This document shows, piece by piece, positions 11,140 through 22,482 of a stretch of DNA of 34,762 nucleotides (the stretch's first letter is position 1; each line of letters starts with the position of its first letter). Origin of the DNA: Mycoplasmatota bacterium (lineage in GTDB: Bacteria > Bacillota_I > Bacilli_A > RF39 > UBA660). The notes beneath the pieces were generated by a model that did no database searches, was not told the origin of the DNA, and saw nothing but the letters and a program-made list of their open reading frames with translations. The DNA lies in NCBI GenBank assembly GCA_012727915.1, contig JAAYGD010000001.1, positions 1 to 34,762 of the forward strand, in the 5' to 3' direction. Both the position numbers and the translations under genes were made by a program.

Positions 11140-12378
11140 CTATCTACTCCTTTTAGCTTTCTTAACAAAGCTTCTTACGTCTATATTAGATGGGCATATA
11201 AATGAACACATACCACATTCAATACACTTTTCTGGATTTAATTTTTTTAATGCTTCAGGATTATTAACTTTATCTTTAATTAAAACTGGCACAATATTAG
11301 CGGGACACATCTCAACACATTTCCCGCATCTAAAACAAGGATAAACTTTCTTATCTTCTATATCATCCAAAAATAAAATTCCATTTAAGTTTTGAGTAAC
11401 AATTAAATCATTCTTTGGAAGAGCTCTTCCCATCATTGGACCACCAGATACATATTTAATTGTATCTCCCGCAATTAATTCAATATTTGGCAATACATCT
11501 TTAAGATTTGTTCCAATTCTTAATAGCGCATTAGTAGGTTCTTTTACTCTTTCTCCACTAATTGTCACAAATCTTTTATCAATACAAGTATTATATTTTA
11601 AAGCTTTATATATTGAATATATTGTAGATATATTATTAACTACTATTCCTTTTTCTTGAGGAAGCTTATCATAACTTTCTTTAGTAATTTCTTTTATTAA
11701 AGTTTTCTCCCATCCAATAGGATAAAAGTCTTTCACACTTACAATATGAATTTTAGAATAATTAATCGTATTGTTTGAATAAATAGATAATAAATCAGAA
11801 TATTTCTCGTTAATTGCTATAAAACACTCTCTTAATTTATTAATACTAATTATTGCGTTAATCGTTTCTATTATTTCTTTAAAATATTCTTTTGCTAAAA
11901 CATAGTCAGAAGTAATATAAGGCTCACATTCTACTGCATTAACTATTAAAGTTTTTAGTATTGGTTCATATTTAATATAAGTAGGAAAATTTCCCCCTCC
12001 CATACTAGTAACTCCATATTTTTTAAGTAATTCTAAATACTCTTCTTTAGTATATGCATTGATATCTTCAACCATTTCTTCTTTTGGTTGTCTTCCTTTT
12101 TTTTCAATTACAACACATTTAACAGTTCTTCCATCTAAATAAACACATTCACTAATATCATTTATAATTCCATTAACTGGAGACACAATAGAAAAATCCA
12201 AATCTTTTTTTATAGCTATTGGATCATTTTTCTTTATTTTTTTACCTTTTTTTACTAAAATTTCAACATCAGTAGAAAAATTAACTACCAACGGCATATA
12301 TATAGTGTCTATATCACTTAAGTCAATTAATTTATCTTTTGATAAATAATCTTTATCTTCAAATTCTATTTTATTCAT
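11140..12378 (-). CDS. rnfC: RnfC-family NADH/FMN/2x[4Fe-4S] electron-transfer subunit
   Basis: SPVNG, MGGGNFPT, NAVECEPYITSD, YPIGWEK, GGPMMG, CFRCGKCVEMCP, CIECGMCSFICP. Confidence 0.9.
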   Translation of the reverse strand: MNKIEFEDKDYLSKDKLIDLSDIDTIYMPLVVNFSTDVEILVKKGKKIKKNDPIAIKKDLDFSIVSPVNGIINDISECVYLDGRTVKCVVIEKKGRQPKEEMVEDINAYTKEEYLELLKKYGVTSMGGGNFPTYIKYEPILKTLIVNAVECEPYITSDYVLAKEYFKEIIETINAIISINKLRECFIAINEKYSDLLSIYSNNTINYSKIHIVSVKDFYPIGWEKTLIKEITKESYDKLPQEKGIVVNNISTIYSIYKALKYNTCIDKRFVTISGERVKEPTNALLRIGTNLKDVLPNIELIAGDTIKYVSGGPMMGRALPKNDLIVTQNLNGILFLDDIEDKKVYPCFRCGKCVEMCPANIVPVLIKDKVNNPEALKKLNPEKCIECGMCSFICPSNIDVRSFVKKAKRSR

Positions 12379-12458
12379 AAGAAATTCCTCCTTATTATTC
12401 TATATAATAATAACATTATTTATAACAAAAATAAACTATAAAACATAATATTTATTTA

Positions 12459-13433
12459 TTAAGTTAATTTTATTCTTTCATAAACATTTACTTCTTTATC
12501 AATAAACACTTTTATATTTGTTTCTTTACCAAATCTAATAACACATAAATCACTTATTACAATTTCTTTATAATTATTAATTTTAAATTCATAACAAAAA
12601 CCTTCCACATCATTAGTTTGTTTTTCAATATTTAATCTATTAGACGCAAATATTATAATACTATTTTTTCCTAAAGAATTACATTCAACTACACAATAAT
12701 TGTCAATTTTAATAATAGTTTTTTTATTAAATTGAAATATCTTGGGTTTAATTTCATTATCTATTACTACTCTCTTTATTTCATCCAAATTAATCCTTTT
12801 TAATATACTTCCATTCTTCACTATTCCTGGTGTATCTATTAAAGTTAAATTATCATTTAATTTAAAACTAATGTTTTTTAATGTGGTTGATGGATAATAA
12901 CTAGTCAACAATTCCTCTTCTTCATTTAAATAATTTTTTATTAATTTTTTTATTAATGAAGATTTACCACTATTTGTGTAACCCACAACATATATATTGT
13001 TTTTTAACTTTAATAATAAATCATATAATTTATCTAAATTATGATTATTTTTACTACTAATAATAATATAATTCATATATCCAGGATATATCTTTTTTAC
13101 GTTTTCTAATAATGTATTTTCATTATTACTTCTTGGAATTATATCTTTTTTATTTATTACTAAAATACTATCTTTTTTTCTATCTCCAAGTATTTCTTCA
13201 TTATTTAAATTTAAAATATCAACTACATGCAATATAGTTGATTTTTCATCTTTTAATATTTCATTTATATTTAAATAAAAATCATTAGAATTGAAGTTTA
13301 AATATTCACCATAATTTTTTAATCTAAAACATCTTTTACATAATTTGTTTTCTTTGTTTGATTCTACATATCCATCTTTATCTGAATCAGTATTTTGAAG
13401 ATCTATTCCACACCCAAGACATTTATTAATCAT
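12459..13433 (-). CDS. yqeH: Circularly permuted ribosome-biogenesis GTPase YqeH
   Basis: N-terminal CxxC...CxxC (CLGC, CKRCFRL); NKKD precedes GYTNSGKS and DTPG; adjacent to yqeG. Confidence 0.9.
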   Translation of the reverse strand: MINKCLGCGIDLQNTDSDKDGYVESNKENKLCKRCFRLKNYGEYLNFNSNDFYLNINEILKDEKSTILHVVDILNLNNEEILGDRKKDSILVINKKDIIPRSNNENTLLENVKKIYPGYMNYIIISSKNNHNLDKLYDLLLKLKNNIYVVGYTNSGKSSLIKKLIKNYLNEEEELLTSYYPSTTLKNISFKLNDNLTLIDTPGIVKNGSILKRINLDEIKRVVIDNEIKPKIFQFNKKTIIKIDNYCVVECNSLGKNSIIIFASNRLNIEKQTNDVEGFCYEFKINNYKEIVISDLCVIRFGKETNIKVFIDKEVNVYERIKLT

Positions 13434-13947
13434 AATAGTTTCCTTTAATAAATCCCAATTTTTTTAATCTTAATCTTAAAATTTTTTCTATTATTCTTTT
13501 TGATTTAATTAATATACTCTCTTTAGAGCTAATTCTTTCCACTAATATAGTATATATTCCCACCCTATTACCACCTAAAATATCAGTTAATAATTGATCA
13601 CCAATGAGTGCAATTTCATTTTCTGCAAACCTATATTCTTTAATTACTTTATTAAACTTCTTTTTAAAAGGTTTCCTAGATTTAGCGGAACAATCAACTT
13701 CTAATTTTTCTTTAAAAGGTTGAATTTTCTTTTTCTTAGCATTTGAAAATATTATTACTCTAAACCCCATTCTTTTTAATTTTTCTATTAAATCTATTAT
13801 TTTTTTACTAGGTTTTTTCATATCATTAGTAATAATTGTATTATCCAAATCAAAAAGTAAACATTTAATACCAATGCTATTTAATTTTTTATAATCAATA
13901 TCATAGATATTTTTTTGATACATATCGGGTTTAAATTTTTCAATCAT
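13426..13947 (-). CDS. yqeG: YqeG-family HAD IIIA phosphatase
   Basis: DLDNT, FSN, KP, IGDQLLTDILGGNR.G. Confidence 0.93.
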   Translation of the reverse strand: MIEKFKPDMYQKNIYDIDYKKLNSIGIKCLLFDLDNTIITNDMKKPSKKIIDLIEKLKRMGFRVIIFSNAKKKKIQPFKEKLEVDCSAKSRKPFKKKFNKVIKEYRFAENEIALIGDQLLTDILGGNRVGIYTILVERISSKESILIKSKRIIEKILRLRLKKLGFIKGNYYD

Positions 13948-13983
13948 GCCATCACCTATTATTAATTATACTATATATTTCTT

Positions 13984-14682
13984 TTATTTTAAACTAAATT
14001 CATATAAACTTATACCAATTGCTATTGTTAAATTCAAAGAATCTATTTCATTACTATGATTTATTACTACACTTTCATATTTTTTATATGATTCATCCAA
14101 ACCACTCGATTCATTACCAAATACTAAAGATACCAAATTATCCTTTTCTATTTCATTTAATTTGAGTTTACCATCAGTCATAAAAGTATATATTTTATGT
14201 TTATTATATGTTTCTTTATATTCATCAAAACTAGAAAACAATTTAATGCTAACACCAAATATAGAACCCATAGAAGCTCTTATAACTTTTGGATTAAATA
14301 TATCTACTGATGGAGTAATGATTGCTAAATTTTTATAATTAAATCCCAACATAGTCCTAATTATAGTTCCAACATTACCCATATTAGATGGATTTACTAA
14401 TACCACATGAGGCTCATTTAAATCTAAATTTGAATAATATTTATTAAATATTCCAATTACATAACAATTTTCTTTATCACTAATTTTCTTTATTAATTTA
14501 TCATCATATGTATATTCAATTTTGTTATTACACAATTCAATTATTTTGTTTTCTATATCTTTATTTATTTCAGATGAAAAAATAATTTTAGAAACAGCAA
14601 TAATCTTTCTATTTAATAATTCAATTGTAGGAAATATTCCTAATGTATAAGAATAATCCATATCTTTTTCATATCTTTTCAT
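13984..14682 (-). CDS. TrmH/SpoU-family RNA methyltransferase
   Basis: GNVGTIIRT, RASMGS, VFGNESSGL, DSLNL. Confidence 0.9.
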   Translation of the reverse strand: MKRYEKDMDYSYTLGIFPTIELLNRKIIAVSKIIFSSEINKDIENKIIELCNNKIEYTYDDKLIKKISDKENCYVIGIFNKYYSNLDLNEPHVVLVNPSNMGNVGTIIRTMLGFNYKNLAIITPSVDIFNPKVIRASMGSIFGVSIKLFSSFDEYKETYNKHKIYTFMTDGKLKLNEIEKDNLVSLVFGNESSGLDESYKKYESVVINHSNEIDSLNLTIAIGISLYEFSLK

Positions 14683-15752
14683 ATTATCTCCATTAATATT
14701 TCATTCATTTTATAAACCCATTCTTCATTAATAAAAGCATATCCTTCTTTATTATCAATCTTTCCTTCTTTTATTAGTTTATCTAAAAGACTAAGTATAT
14801 TAGAATTATATTTTTCATTAAATTCTTCAATATTAATACCCTTTATTTTTCTAAATCCAAGCATTAAAGCGTATTTTATATTTTCTTTTGATATATCAAT
14901 GCTATTATATTTATAATTATTGTTTAAATATTCTGTCAAATTCTTATTGTTATCTATTCTATTATTACCAATAAAAGAAGATGCTCCCAATCCAAATCCA
15001 TAATATTCATCATTATTCCAATATACTAGATTATGTTTTGATTCAAATCCTTTTTTAGAATAATTACTTATTTCATAATGAATATAATCATTAGATTTTA
15101 ATCTATCTTCAATCATTTTATACATCTCATAATCTAAATCTTCATCTATTGGTTTAATTTTATCTATATAGAGTTTTGTATGAGGCTCAATCATTAATGA
15201 ATAGCAAGATATGTGTTCCGGATTTAAACTTAAAAAAATATCTAAATCTTTTTCTAATATTTCTAAAGTTTCATCCTTAACTCCATAAATTAAATCCATA
15301 TTAATATTATTAAAACCAATGTTTCTAATAATTTCAATTATTTCAAAAACTTTATTATTTGTTCTTTCAATTCCAAGAGTATTCAATATTTCTTTATCAA
15401 AAGATTGTATCCCCAAACTAATTCTATTAACTCCATTTTTTTTAAGTAATATTAATTTTTCAAAAGAAATACTATCTATATTACATTCAAAAGTAAACTC
15501 TTCTAATTTAGATAAGTCTAATATTTTAATAATATCAAATAAATATATTAATTCATTTATAGATAAAACTGAAGGAGTTCCCCCTCCAATATATAGAGTT
15601 CTTATGGGTTCATTATTATATCTTTCTTTTATTTCTTTTTTTAAAGCATCCAAATAAGGCATTACCCATTTATCTATATAAAATATTTTACAAAAATCAC
15701 AATAAAAACATATAGAACTACAAAAAGGAATATGTATATAAACTGATTTCAT
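14679..15752 (-). CDS. hemW: Radical SAM heme chaperone HemW (HemN-like)
   Basis: YIHIPFCSSICFYCDF, GGGTPS, YEISN, HNLVYW; downstream of lepA. Confidence 0.92.
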   Translation of the reverse strand: MKSVYIHIPFCSSICFYCDFCKIFYIDKWVMPYLDALKKEIKERYNNEPIRTLYIGGGTPSVLSINELIYLFDIIKILDLSKLEEFTFECNIDSISFEKLILLKKNGVNRISLGIQSFDKEILNTLGIERTNNKVFEIIEIIRNIGFNNINMDLIYGVKDETLEILEKDLDIFLSLNPEHISCYSLMIEPHTKLYIDKIKPIDEDLDYEMYKMIEDRLKSNDYIHYEISNYSKKGFESKHNLVYWNNDEYYGFGLGASSFIGNNRIDNNKNLTEYLNNNYKYNSIDISKENIKYALMLGFRKIKGINIEEFNEKYNSNILSLLDKLIKEGKIDNKEGYAFINEEWVYKMNEILMEII

Positions 15753-15754
15753 AA

Positions 15755-17539
15755 CTATTCCTCATCCATACTTAATACTGATAAAAAGGCTTCTTGTGGT
15801 ATTTCAACGCTACCTATTGTTTTCATTCTCTTTTTACCTTCTTTTTGTTTTTCTAACAATTTTTTCTTTCTTGATACATCTCCACCATAACATTTCGCAA
15901 GTACATTTTTTCTCATAGCTTTTATATCGGATCTCGCTATTATTTTGCTTCCAATAGATGCTTGAATTGGTACTTCAAATTGCTGTCTAGGTATAATATC
16001 TTTTAATTTGTCTACTACAGTTTTTCCTCTTTTATATGCAAAATCTTTATGAACAATAGTACTTAAAGCATCTACCTTTTCACCATTAATTAATATTTCT
16101 AATTTAATTAAATCACTTGCCCTATAACCTATTACTTCATAATCAAAAGAAGCATATCCTTTAGTATATGATTTTAACTTATCAAAGAAATCATATACTA
16201 TTTCTGATAAAGGCATTTCATAATGAATATTTACTCTAGCTGTTGTAATATACTCCATATTAATAAATGTACCTCTTTTATTTTGGCACAAATCCATAAC
16301 TGGTCCAATATAATCAGAAAAAACAATTATATTAGTATAAATATAAGGTTCTTTTATTTCTTTAATATTAACTCTATCAGGCATATCAGTTGGGTTTTGT
16401 AATGTAGTTACTTTTAAATCATTAGTAGTTACTTCATAAATTACTGAAGGTGAAGTCGCAATTAAGTCTATATTAAATTCTCTTTCAATCCTTTCTTCAA
16501 TAATATCCATATGAAACATTCCAAGAAAACCAACTCTAAAACCAAATCCTAAAGATTCAGAGGTTTCAGGTTCAAATATCAAAGCAGCATCATTTAATTG
16601 AAGTTTTTCTAATGCTTCTTTTAAATCTCCATATTTCTTTGAATCAATTGGAAACAAACCACAATATACCATGGGTTTCATAGCTCTATACCCAATTAAA
16701 ACTTCATTAGTAGGATTTCTTTCTAATGTTATAGTATCTCCTACTTTTATATCTTTAATATTTCTAATCGCAGCAGTAATATAACCAACTTCTCCTGCAT
16801 TTAATTCTTCTCTTTTTTGTTCTTCTGGAGTATAAACACCCAATTCTACAACTTCATATGTTGCTCCAGTCGATAACATTTTAATTTTATCTCTAATCTT
16901 TATCTTTCCATTAACCACTCTTACTAAACAAATAACTCCCCTATAGCTCTCATATTCACTATCAAATATTAGTGCTTGTAATTTATCATTATTTGATTTA
17001 GGAGCAGGTATTCTATCTACTATAGCATCCAATAATTCTTTAATCCCAATATTTTCTTTAGCACTTACTAGCAATATTTCTTCTTCCATAAAACCAAAAG
17101 TATCTACTATTTCTTTTTTTACTTTTTCTACATCAGCATTGGGCAAATCTATTTTATTTATTACAGGTATTATAGTTAAATTTCTTTCCAAAGCTAAGTA
17201 AACATTTGCTAAAGTCTGAGCTTCTATTCCTTGAGATGCATCTACAACTAAAATAGCACCTTCACAAGCCGCTAAACTTCTAGATACTTCATAAGAAAAA
17301 TCTACATGTCCTGGTGTATCTATTAAATGAAAAGTATAATCTTTATACTTTAATTGAACTGCATTTAATTTAATAGTAACACCTCGTTCTTGTTCTAAAT
17401 CCATAGAATCAAGAATTTGATCTCTTTTATCTCTTCCTATAACAGAATTAGTATGTTCTAATATTCTATCAGCAAGAGTACTTTTCCCATGATCTATATG
17501 CGCAATAATACTAAAATTTCTAATGTTTTCTAAATTCAT
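15755..17539 (-). CDS. lepA: Elongation factor 4 LepA
   Basis: [51 protein letters not shown]. Confidence 0.99.
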   Translation of the reverse strand: MNLENIRNFSIIAHIDHGKSTLADRILEHTNSVIGRDKRDQILDSMDLEQERGVTIKLNAVQLKYKDYTFHLIDTPGHVDFSYEVSRSLAACEGAILVVDASQGIEAQTLANVYLALERNLTIIPVINKIDLPNADVEKVKKEIVDTFGFMEEEILLVSAKENIGIKELLDAIVDRIPAPKSNNDKLQALIFDSEYESYRGVICLVRVVNGKIKIRDKIKMLSTGATYEVVELGVYTPEEQKREELNAGEVGYITAAIRNIKDIKVGDTITLERNPTNEVLIGYRAMKPMVYCGLFPIDSKKYGDLKEALEKLQLNDAALIFEPETSESLGFGFRVGFLGMFHMDIIEERIEREFNIDLIATSPSVIYEVTTNDLKVTTLQNPTDMPDRVNIKEIKEPYIYTNIIVFSDYIGPVMDLCQNKRGTFINMEYITTARVNIHYEMPLSEIVYDFFDKLKSYTKGYASFDYEVIGYRASDLIKLEILINGEKVDALSTIVHKDFAYKRGKTVVDKLKDIIPRQQFEVPIQASIGSKIIARSDIKAMRKNVLAKCYGGDVSRKKKLLEKQKEGKKRMKTIGSVEIPQEAFLSVLSMDEE

Positions 17540-17577
17540 GTCATCACCAATTTGATTATACTATATTAAAAGAATAT

Positions 17578-17602
17578 AAAAAAGCATTTTATTAAATGCT
17601 TT
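17578..17602 (-). terminator. Intrinsic terminator after glyQS
   Basis: AAAGCATTT-N4-AAATGCTTT hairpin with T tail on the minus strand. Confidence 0.7.
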
Positions 17603-17619
17603 ACTTATTAATTTATTTA

Positions 17620-18981
17620 TTAAAATATAATTCTATCCTGAATATATTTTTCTATATCATCAACTTTAACAATATCTTGCTTCATAGTATCTCTATTTCT
17701 AATAGTCACAGTATTATTATTTAATGTATTATCATCTATGGTAATACAATAAGGAGTACCTATTGCATCTTGTCTTCTATAACGTTTACCAATATTAGAT
17801 GTTTCATCATAACTAATTAAAAAATATTTAGATAATTCTTCATACAATTGATTTGCTTTTTCAGAGTGATTCTTTTTTATTAATGGTAATATTGAAGCTT
17901 TATAAGGTGCTAAATAAGGAGATAATTTCAACACTTCTCTTTCAGTACCATCTTCTAAAGTTTCTTTAACATATGATTCAAATAATAATGCAAGAAGTGT
18001 TCTACCCACTCCATAAGTGGATTCCACAATATAAGGAATATATTTTTCATTAGTATCTGGATCTAAATATTCCATTGATTTATTTGAGAATTCTTGATGT
18101 TTAGTTAAATCAAAATTAGTTCTATTATGAGTACCATTTACTTCTCCCCATCCAAAAGGAAATTTATATTCAATATCACAAGCTGCTTTTGCATAATGCG
18201 CCAACTTATCATGGTCATGAAATCTTAAATTGGATTCTTTAATACCTAAATCCATATAAAACTTTTTGCCAAATTCTTTAAAATAATTATAATGATCCAT
18301 ATCTTCGCCTTCTTTACAAAAGGTTTGATATTCCATTTGTTCAAATTCAATAGTTCTAAAAGTAAAATTACCTGGTGTTATTTCATTTCTAAATGCTTTA
18401 CCAATTTGACCAATACTAAATGGTAATTTAGCTCTCATACTTCTTTGAACATTTAAAAAATTAACATATTCTCCTTGAGCGTTTTCCGGTCTTAAATATA
18501 CAATATTTTTTGAATCTTGAGTAACTCCTTTATGTGTTTCAAACATAAGATTAAAATTTCTAATATCAGTAAAATTATGTTTACCACATTTAGGGCAAGG
18601 GATTTTATTATCTTTAATGAATTTAATCATTTCATCTTCATTCATCATATCAGGATTAGAATTTGAATCAAATTCATTTATTAATGTATCTACTCTATGT
18701 CTTGTTTTACATTCCTTACAATCTAATAAAGGATCACTAAAGCTACTAACGTGTCCAGAAGCTTCCCAAACTTTTGGATGCATCAAAATACCAGCATCTA
18801 TTTCATATGCATTTTTTCTTTCTTGAATAAATCTTTTTCTCCAAGCATCAATTATATTATTTTTTAGTTTACTACCTAAAGGTCCATAATCCCAAGTATT
18901 AGCTAAACCATCATATATTTCACTACCTTGAAATATAAACCCATACTGTTTACAATAGTTTACCATTTCTTCCATATTCAT
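17620..18981 (-). CDS. glyQS: Glycine--tRNA ligase, homodimeric class II type
   Basis: SEIYDG, WDYGPLG, LRPENAQG, FRNEITPGNF, EFEQME, LAHYAKA, IGKRYRRQDAIGTP. Confidence 0.96.
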   Translation of the reverse strand: MNMEEMVNYCKQYGFIFQGSEIYDGLANTWDYGPLGSKLKNNIIDAWRKRFIQERKNAYEIDAGILMHPKVWEASGHVSSFSDPLLDCKECKTRHRVDTLINEFDSNSNPDMMNEDEMIKFIKDNKIPCPKCGKHNFTDIRNFNLMFETHKGVTQDSKNIVYLRPENAQGEYVNFLNVQRSMRAKLPFSIGQIGKAFRNEITPGNFTFRTIEFEQMEYQTFCKEGEDMDHYNYFKEFGKKFYMDLGIKESNLRFHDHDKLAHYAKAACDIEYKFPFGWGEVNGTHNRTNFDLTKHQEFSNKSMEYLDPDTNEKYIPYIVESTYGVGRTLLALLFESYVKETLEDGTEREVLKLSPYLAPYKASILPLIKKNHSEKANQLYEELSKYFLISYDETSNIGKRYRRQDAIGTPYCITIDDNTLNNNTVTIRNRDTMKQDIVKVDDIEKYIQDRIIF

Positions 18982-18991
18982 ATAATGCCTC

Positions 18992-19726
18992 CTACATATT
19001 TTTTAATTTATTAATAAACTCTTTACTATTTATATATAATCCTGTGTATTTTTCATAATAATCATTTAAATACTTATCTATCTCAAATTTTATTTTATCA
19101 CTAACTTCTATTTTAGATATTTTTGATATATCTAAATATGAATACATTCTTATATGTTTTATAGTATCAATCGAATATAGTTTTTCATTTGTTCTACAAT
19201 CTTTGCATAACAATCCATGTCTTTCAAGCGATAAATTAATAATATTATTTTTATTTCCACATATAGAACAACTATCTAATGATGGGGATACTCCCAAATA
19301 ATTTAATAACTTTAATTCCAATATATTTGTTAATACTCCTGCATCTAATTTATCATTTAGCTTTAATATAGTTGAAATAAAATCATTGAATAATTCATCA
19401 TATATATCTACTTGTTTCGCTACTTGATAAATCAATTCCATTAAATAAGTTGTATATCCAATATTCATAATATCTTTTTTTATATTACTTAAATTATTTA
19501 TTATATCTACATTAGTTAATGTTGATAATTTACCTTCTTTATAATATATATTAAACTTTCCATAAGTCATTTTAGATGAAGCACTACATAAAGTACTTTT
19601 TGGTTTTTTGCATCCTTTAGAAATTACTGAAATAATACCATATTTTTTTGTAAATATTTCCATTATTTTACTTGATTCCAAGTAATCTCTTTCTTTAAGG
19701 ATAAAACCCTCTATTATTTCTTGCAT
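18992..19726 (-). CDS. recO: DNA repair protein RecO
   Basis: N-terminal OB-fold pattern (DYLESSKI..IFTK.YG..KG), ELKLL, CSIC...CKDC; era-recO-glyS context. Confidence 0.92.
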   Translation of the reverse strand: MQEIIEGFILKERDYLESSKIMEIFTKKYGIISVISKGCKKPKSTLCSASSKMTYGKFNIYYKEGKLSTLTNVDIINNLSNIKKDIMNIGYTTYLMELIYQVAKQVDIYDELFNDFISTILKLNDKLDAGVLTNILELKLLNYLGVSPSLDSCSICGNKNNIINLSLERHGLLCKDCRTNEKLYSIDTIKHIRMYSYLDISKISKIEVSDKIKFEIDKYLNDYYEKYTGLYINSKEFINKLKNM

Positions 19727-19734
19727 AATAGCTC

Positions 19735-20598
19735 CTATCTATCTTTTAAGCCTAATTCAACTAAATATTTTTCTTTATCTCTCCAATCTTTAATAACTTT
19801 AACATTTAAATTTAAAAAAACTTTCTTCTTATAATATTCTTCTATTTCTATTCTAGCTCTAGTTCCAATTTCTTTTATCATAGAACCATTTTTTCCTATA
19901 ATTATTTTTTTAATATTTTCTCTATCTACTATAATTGATGCTCCAATATTAATAATGTTTTTCTTTTCTTCAAATTCTTCAATTATACAAGTTACTGTAT
20001 GTGGTATTTCTTCCTTAGTTAGATGTAATACTTTTTCTCTTACTAATTCACTTATATAGAAGTTTTCATCTTTGTCTTGAACAAATAACTCTTCATCAGA
20101 AGTAATAAATTCTTTTATTGTTTTTAATAATTCTTCTATATTATCTTTTTTATATGCGCTAATAGGCACAATATGAGAAAAATTATATAATTTAGAATAT
20201 TCATCTATTTTAGGTAATAATTCATCTTTTTTAACTAAATCAATCTTATTTAATACTAAAATAGTAGGAATATCAGTTAATTTATTTATTAAATATTTAT
20301 CCCCTTTACCCAAATCTTCAGTAACATCAACAACCATTAATATTAAATCCACATCTTCCATAGATATATAAGCTTTAGAATTTAATATATTTCCTAATTT
20401 ATATTTAGGTTTATGAATTCCAGGAGTATCAACGAAAATTATTTTAGTATCTTTATCTTCATAAACACCTTCAATATTATTTCTAGTAGTTTGTGGTTTA
20501 TTTGATATAATTGAAACCTTTTTATTTAATAAACTATTTATTAAAGTTGATTTTCCAACATTAGGTCTTCCAATTATACTTACTATTCCATATTTCAT
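19735..20598 (-). CDS. era: GTPase Era
   Basis: GRPNVGKST, PQTTR, DTPG, NKID, KH-domain IIIGKNGSMIK. Confidence 0.97.
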   Translation of the reverse strand: MKYGIVSIIGRPNVGKSTLINSLLNKKVSIISNKPQTTRNNIEGVYEDKDTKIIFVDTPGIHKPKYKLGNILNSKAYISMEDVDLILMVVDVTEDLGKGDKYLINKLTDIPTILVLNKIDLVKKDELLPKIDEYSKLYNFSHIVPISAYKKDNIEELLKTIKEFITSDEELFVQDKDENFYISELVREKVLHLTKEEIPHTVTCIIEEFEEKKNIINIGASIIVDRENIKKIIIGKNGSMIKEIGTRARIEIEEYYKKKVFLNLNVKVIKDWRDKEKYLVELGLKDR

Positions 20599-20972
20599 AG
20601 ATTCTCCTCACTAAATGAATAAGGAGTAAGTTGATCTAATGTATATATATTTTCTAATCCATTTAAAGAATATATATATATTTTTGTTTCCTTATTTAAA
20701 TAATCAACTAAAGCTCGTCTACATACAAAACAAGGAGTAACTGGTTTATCTGCCATAATATGTAGCTCAAAAAAATCTTCTTTGTTATATCCATTTGATA
20801 TTGCGGAGTATAAAGCATTTCTTTCAGCACATATACCAGCATTTGGAGATGAAGTTTCTACATTGACACCCTTAAACTTATTACCATCTTTTGTTAACAA
20901 AATCGCAGATACTCTAAAATTATAATATTTGCTTTTGGAATTATCTAATAATTTTTTTAAATCTTCTATCAT
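20595..20972 (-). CDS. cdd: Cytidine deaminase
   Basis: GVNVE, CAERNA, PCFVCR. Confidence 0.93.
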   Translation of the reverse strand: MIEDLKKLLDNSKSKYYNFRVSAILLTKDGNKFKGVNVETSSPNAGICAERNALYSAISNGYNKEDFFELHIMADKPVTPCFVCRRALVDYLNKETKIYIYSLNGLENIYTLDQLTPYSFSEENL

Positions 20973-20975
20973 TTT

Positions 20976-21413
20976 TTACCTCTTAAATATTAATTCTAGT
21001 ATTTGAGGAAAGAACACATATATCCCTACTATAGTTGCAAGTAATACTGAAGTTAATACTGCTGCTGAAGCACAATCTTTTGCTACCTTAGCTAAAGGAT
21101 GATACTCTTCAGTAACTAAGTCAACAGTTGCTTCAATCGCAGTATTCAATAACTCTGCAACTATAATTACTGTCATTACTAAAAACAATAATATCCATTG
21201 TGTTCCTGTAATTTCAAAAACAATTCCACAAAAAATTGCAAATATACTAAAAAATATATGTAATAACAAACTTTGTTCATGAGTATATGCATATTTATAT
21301 CCATAATATGAATTGACCCAACTTGCAATAAATCGTTTAAATCCATATTTTTTTGGACTAACTTCTTTTTTACCTTTTAATTTTTTCTTTTTATCTTTTG
21401 ATACCGTACTCAT
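20976..21413 (-). CDS. dgkA: Diacylglycerol/undecaprenol kinase family protein
   Basis: AELLNTAIEATVD, AKVAKD..SAAV; three TM helices; ybeY-dgkA-cdd-era context. Confidence 0.92.
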   Translation of the reverse strand: MSTVSKDKKKKLKGKKEVSPKKYGFKRFIASWVNSYYGYKYAYTHEQSLLLHIFFSIFAIFCGIVFEITGTQWILLFLVMTVIIVAELLNTAIEATVDLVTEEYHPLAKVAKDCASAAVLTSVLLATIVGIYVFFPQILELIFKR

Positions 21414-21831
21414 TTAAAATGTCCTCCTGTAATTTAAACATTACTATTTCTTCTTCTTTAATCATATGATCATAACCTAATAAATGCAATAATCCATGAA
21501 TTGATAAAAATGATATCTCTCTCTTAAGTGAATGATTATATTCAATGGCTTGTTCTTTTGACTTCTCATATGATATATAAATATCTCCTAATAATCTTTT
21601 TCCTTCGAACATAGACTTATCTATATCTTCTAATGCAAAACTTATTACATCTGTTTCTTTATCTATATTTCTATATTCTTTATTTATTTCTTTTATCTTA
21701 TTGTTATCTATAAATATTACATTAAATTCAACATTATCTATATTTAATTTTTTTAATGCATATTCCAATAAATCTTTTAAGTCAAAATCTATTCTGTATT
21801 TAATCTCATAAAATATATTAATATTATTCAT
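21391..21831 (-). CDS. ybeY: rRNA maturation RNase YbeY
   Basis: TDVISF, LGDIYIS, HGLLHLLGYDH. Confidence 0.97.
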   Translation of the reverse strand: MNNINIFYEIKYRIDFDLKDLLEYALKKLNIDNVEFNVIFIDNNKIKEINKEYRNIDKETDVISFALEDIDKSMFEGKRLLGDIYISYEKSKEQAIEYNHSLKREISFLSIHGLLHLLGYDHMIKEEEIVMFKLQEDILNEYGIKR

Positions 21832-22451
21832 TAATCCCCCAATATTATCTTATACCAATTTGTTACATATAACACAAATAACAGAAATATAATAACTAAT
21901 ACTAAATTTATAAACCATTCTTTCTGTAAACTATTTGGAAGTTTTTCTTTTATCTTATAGAACAACATATAAGTAAAATATCCTATTGAACCTCCTATTA
22001 CATTTAATATTATATCATCTATATCGAATACTCTACCAATATTTAATTGAATTAATTCAATTACTGTAGATATAAAAAACGAAAGGAATATTGCGGCATA
22101 TATTTTAGATGTTCTTGTATAATAAGTAATAAACCAACCAAGAGGAGCAAATAGTAAAATATTTCCAACTACATTTCTAAAAAACAATTCAGAATCAATT
22201 TTATATCTAAGCATCTCTTTAAATGGTATATAATTAGAAAAACCATAATTATTATCTTGAAAAGTAACTATATAGAATAAAAATAAAACATATATTACAA
22301 ATACTAAACTAACTAATTCTCTATATAAAACAAATTTATCTTCCTTATTATATATAAAATACATTATTCTAATAGACGCTAAAACAACTACAAATATTGC
22401 AGTCATTGGCCATATTTTATTAAGTGTATCTAGTAGAGCATCTTTAATCAT
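21831..22451 (-). CDS. VanZ-family membrane protein
   Basis: NYIPF, GNILLFAPLG, IELIQ, RVFDIDDIILNVIG. Confidence 0.9.
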   Translation of the reverse strand: MIKDALLDTLNKIWPMTAIFVVVLASIRIMYFIYNKEDKFVLYRELVSLVFVIYVLFLFYIVTFQDNNYGFSNYIPFKEMLRYKIDSELFFRNVVGNILLFAPLGWFITYYTRTSKIYAAIFLSFFISTVIELIQLNIGRVFDIDDIILNVIGGSIGYFTYMLFYKIKEKLPNSLQKEWFINLVLVIIFLLFVLYVTNWYKIILGD

Positions 22452-22470
22452 AAACTCTCCTACAAAATAT

Positions 22471-22481
22471 ATTATATCACA
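22471..22481 (-). promoter_or_regulatory. Extended -10 promoter for the vanZ-ybeY...glyQS cluster
   Basis: TGTGATATAAT just upstream of SD AGGAG; -35 not evident. Confidence 0.6.
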
Positions 22482-22482
22482 T

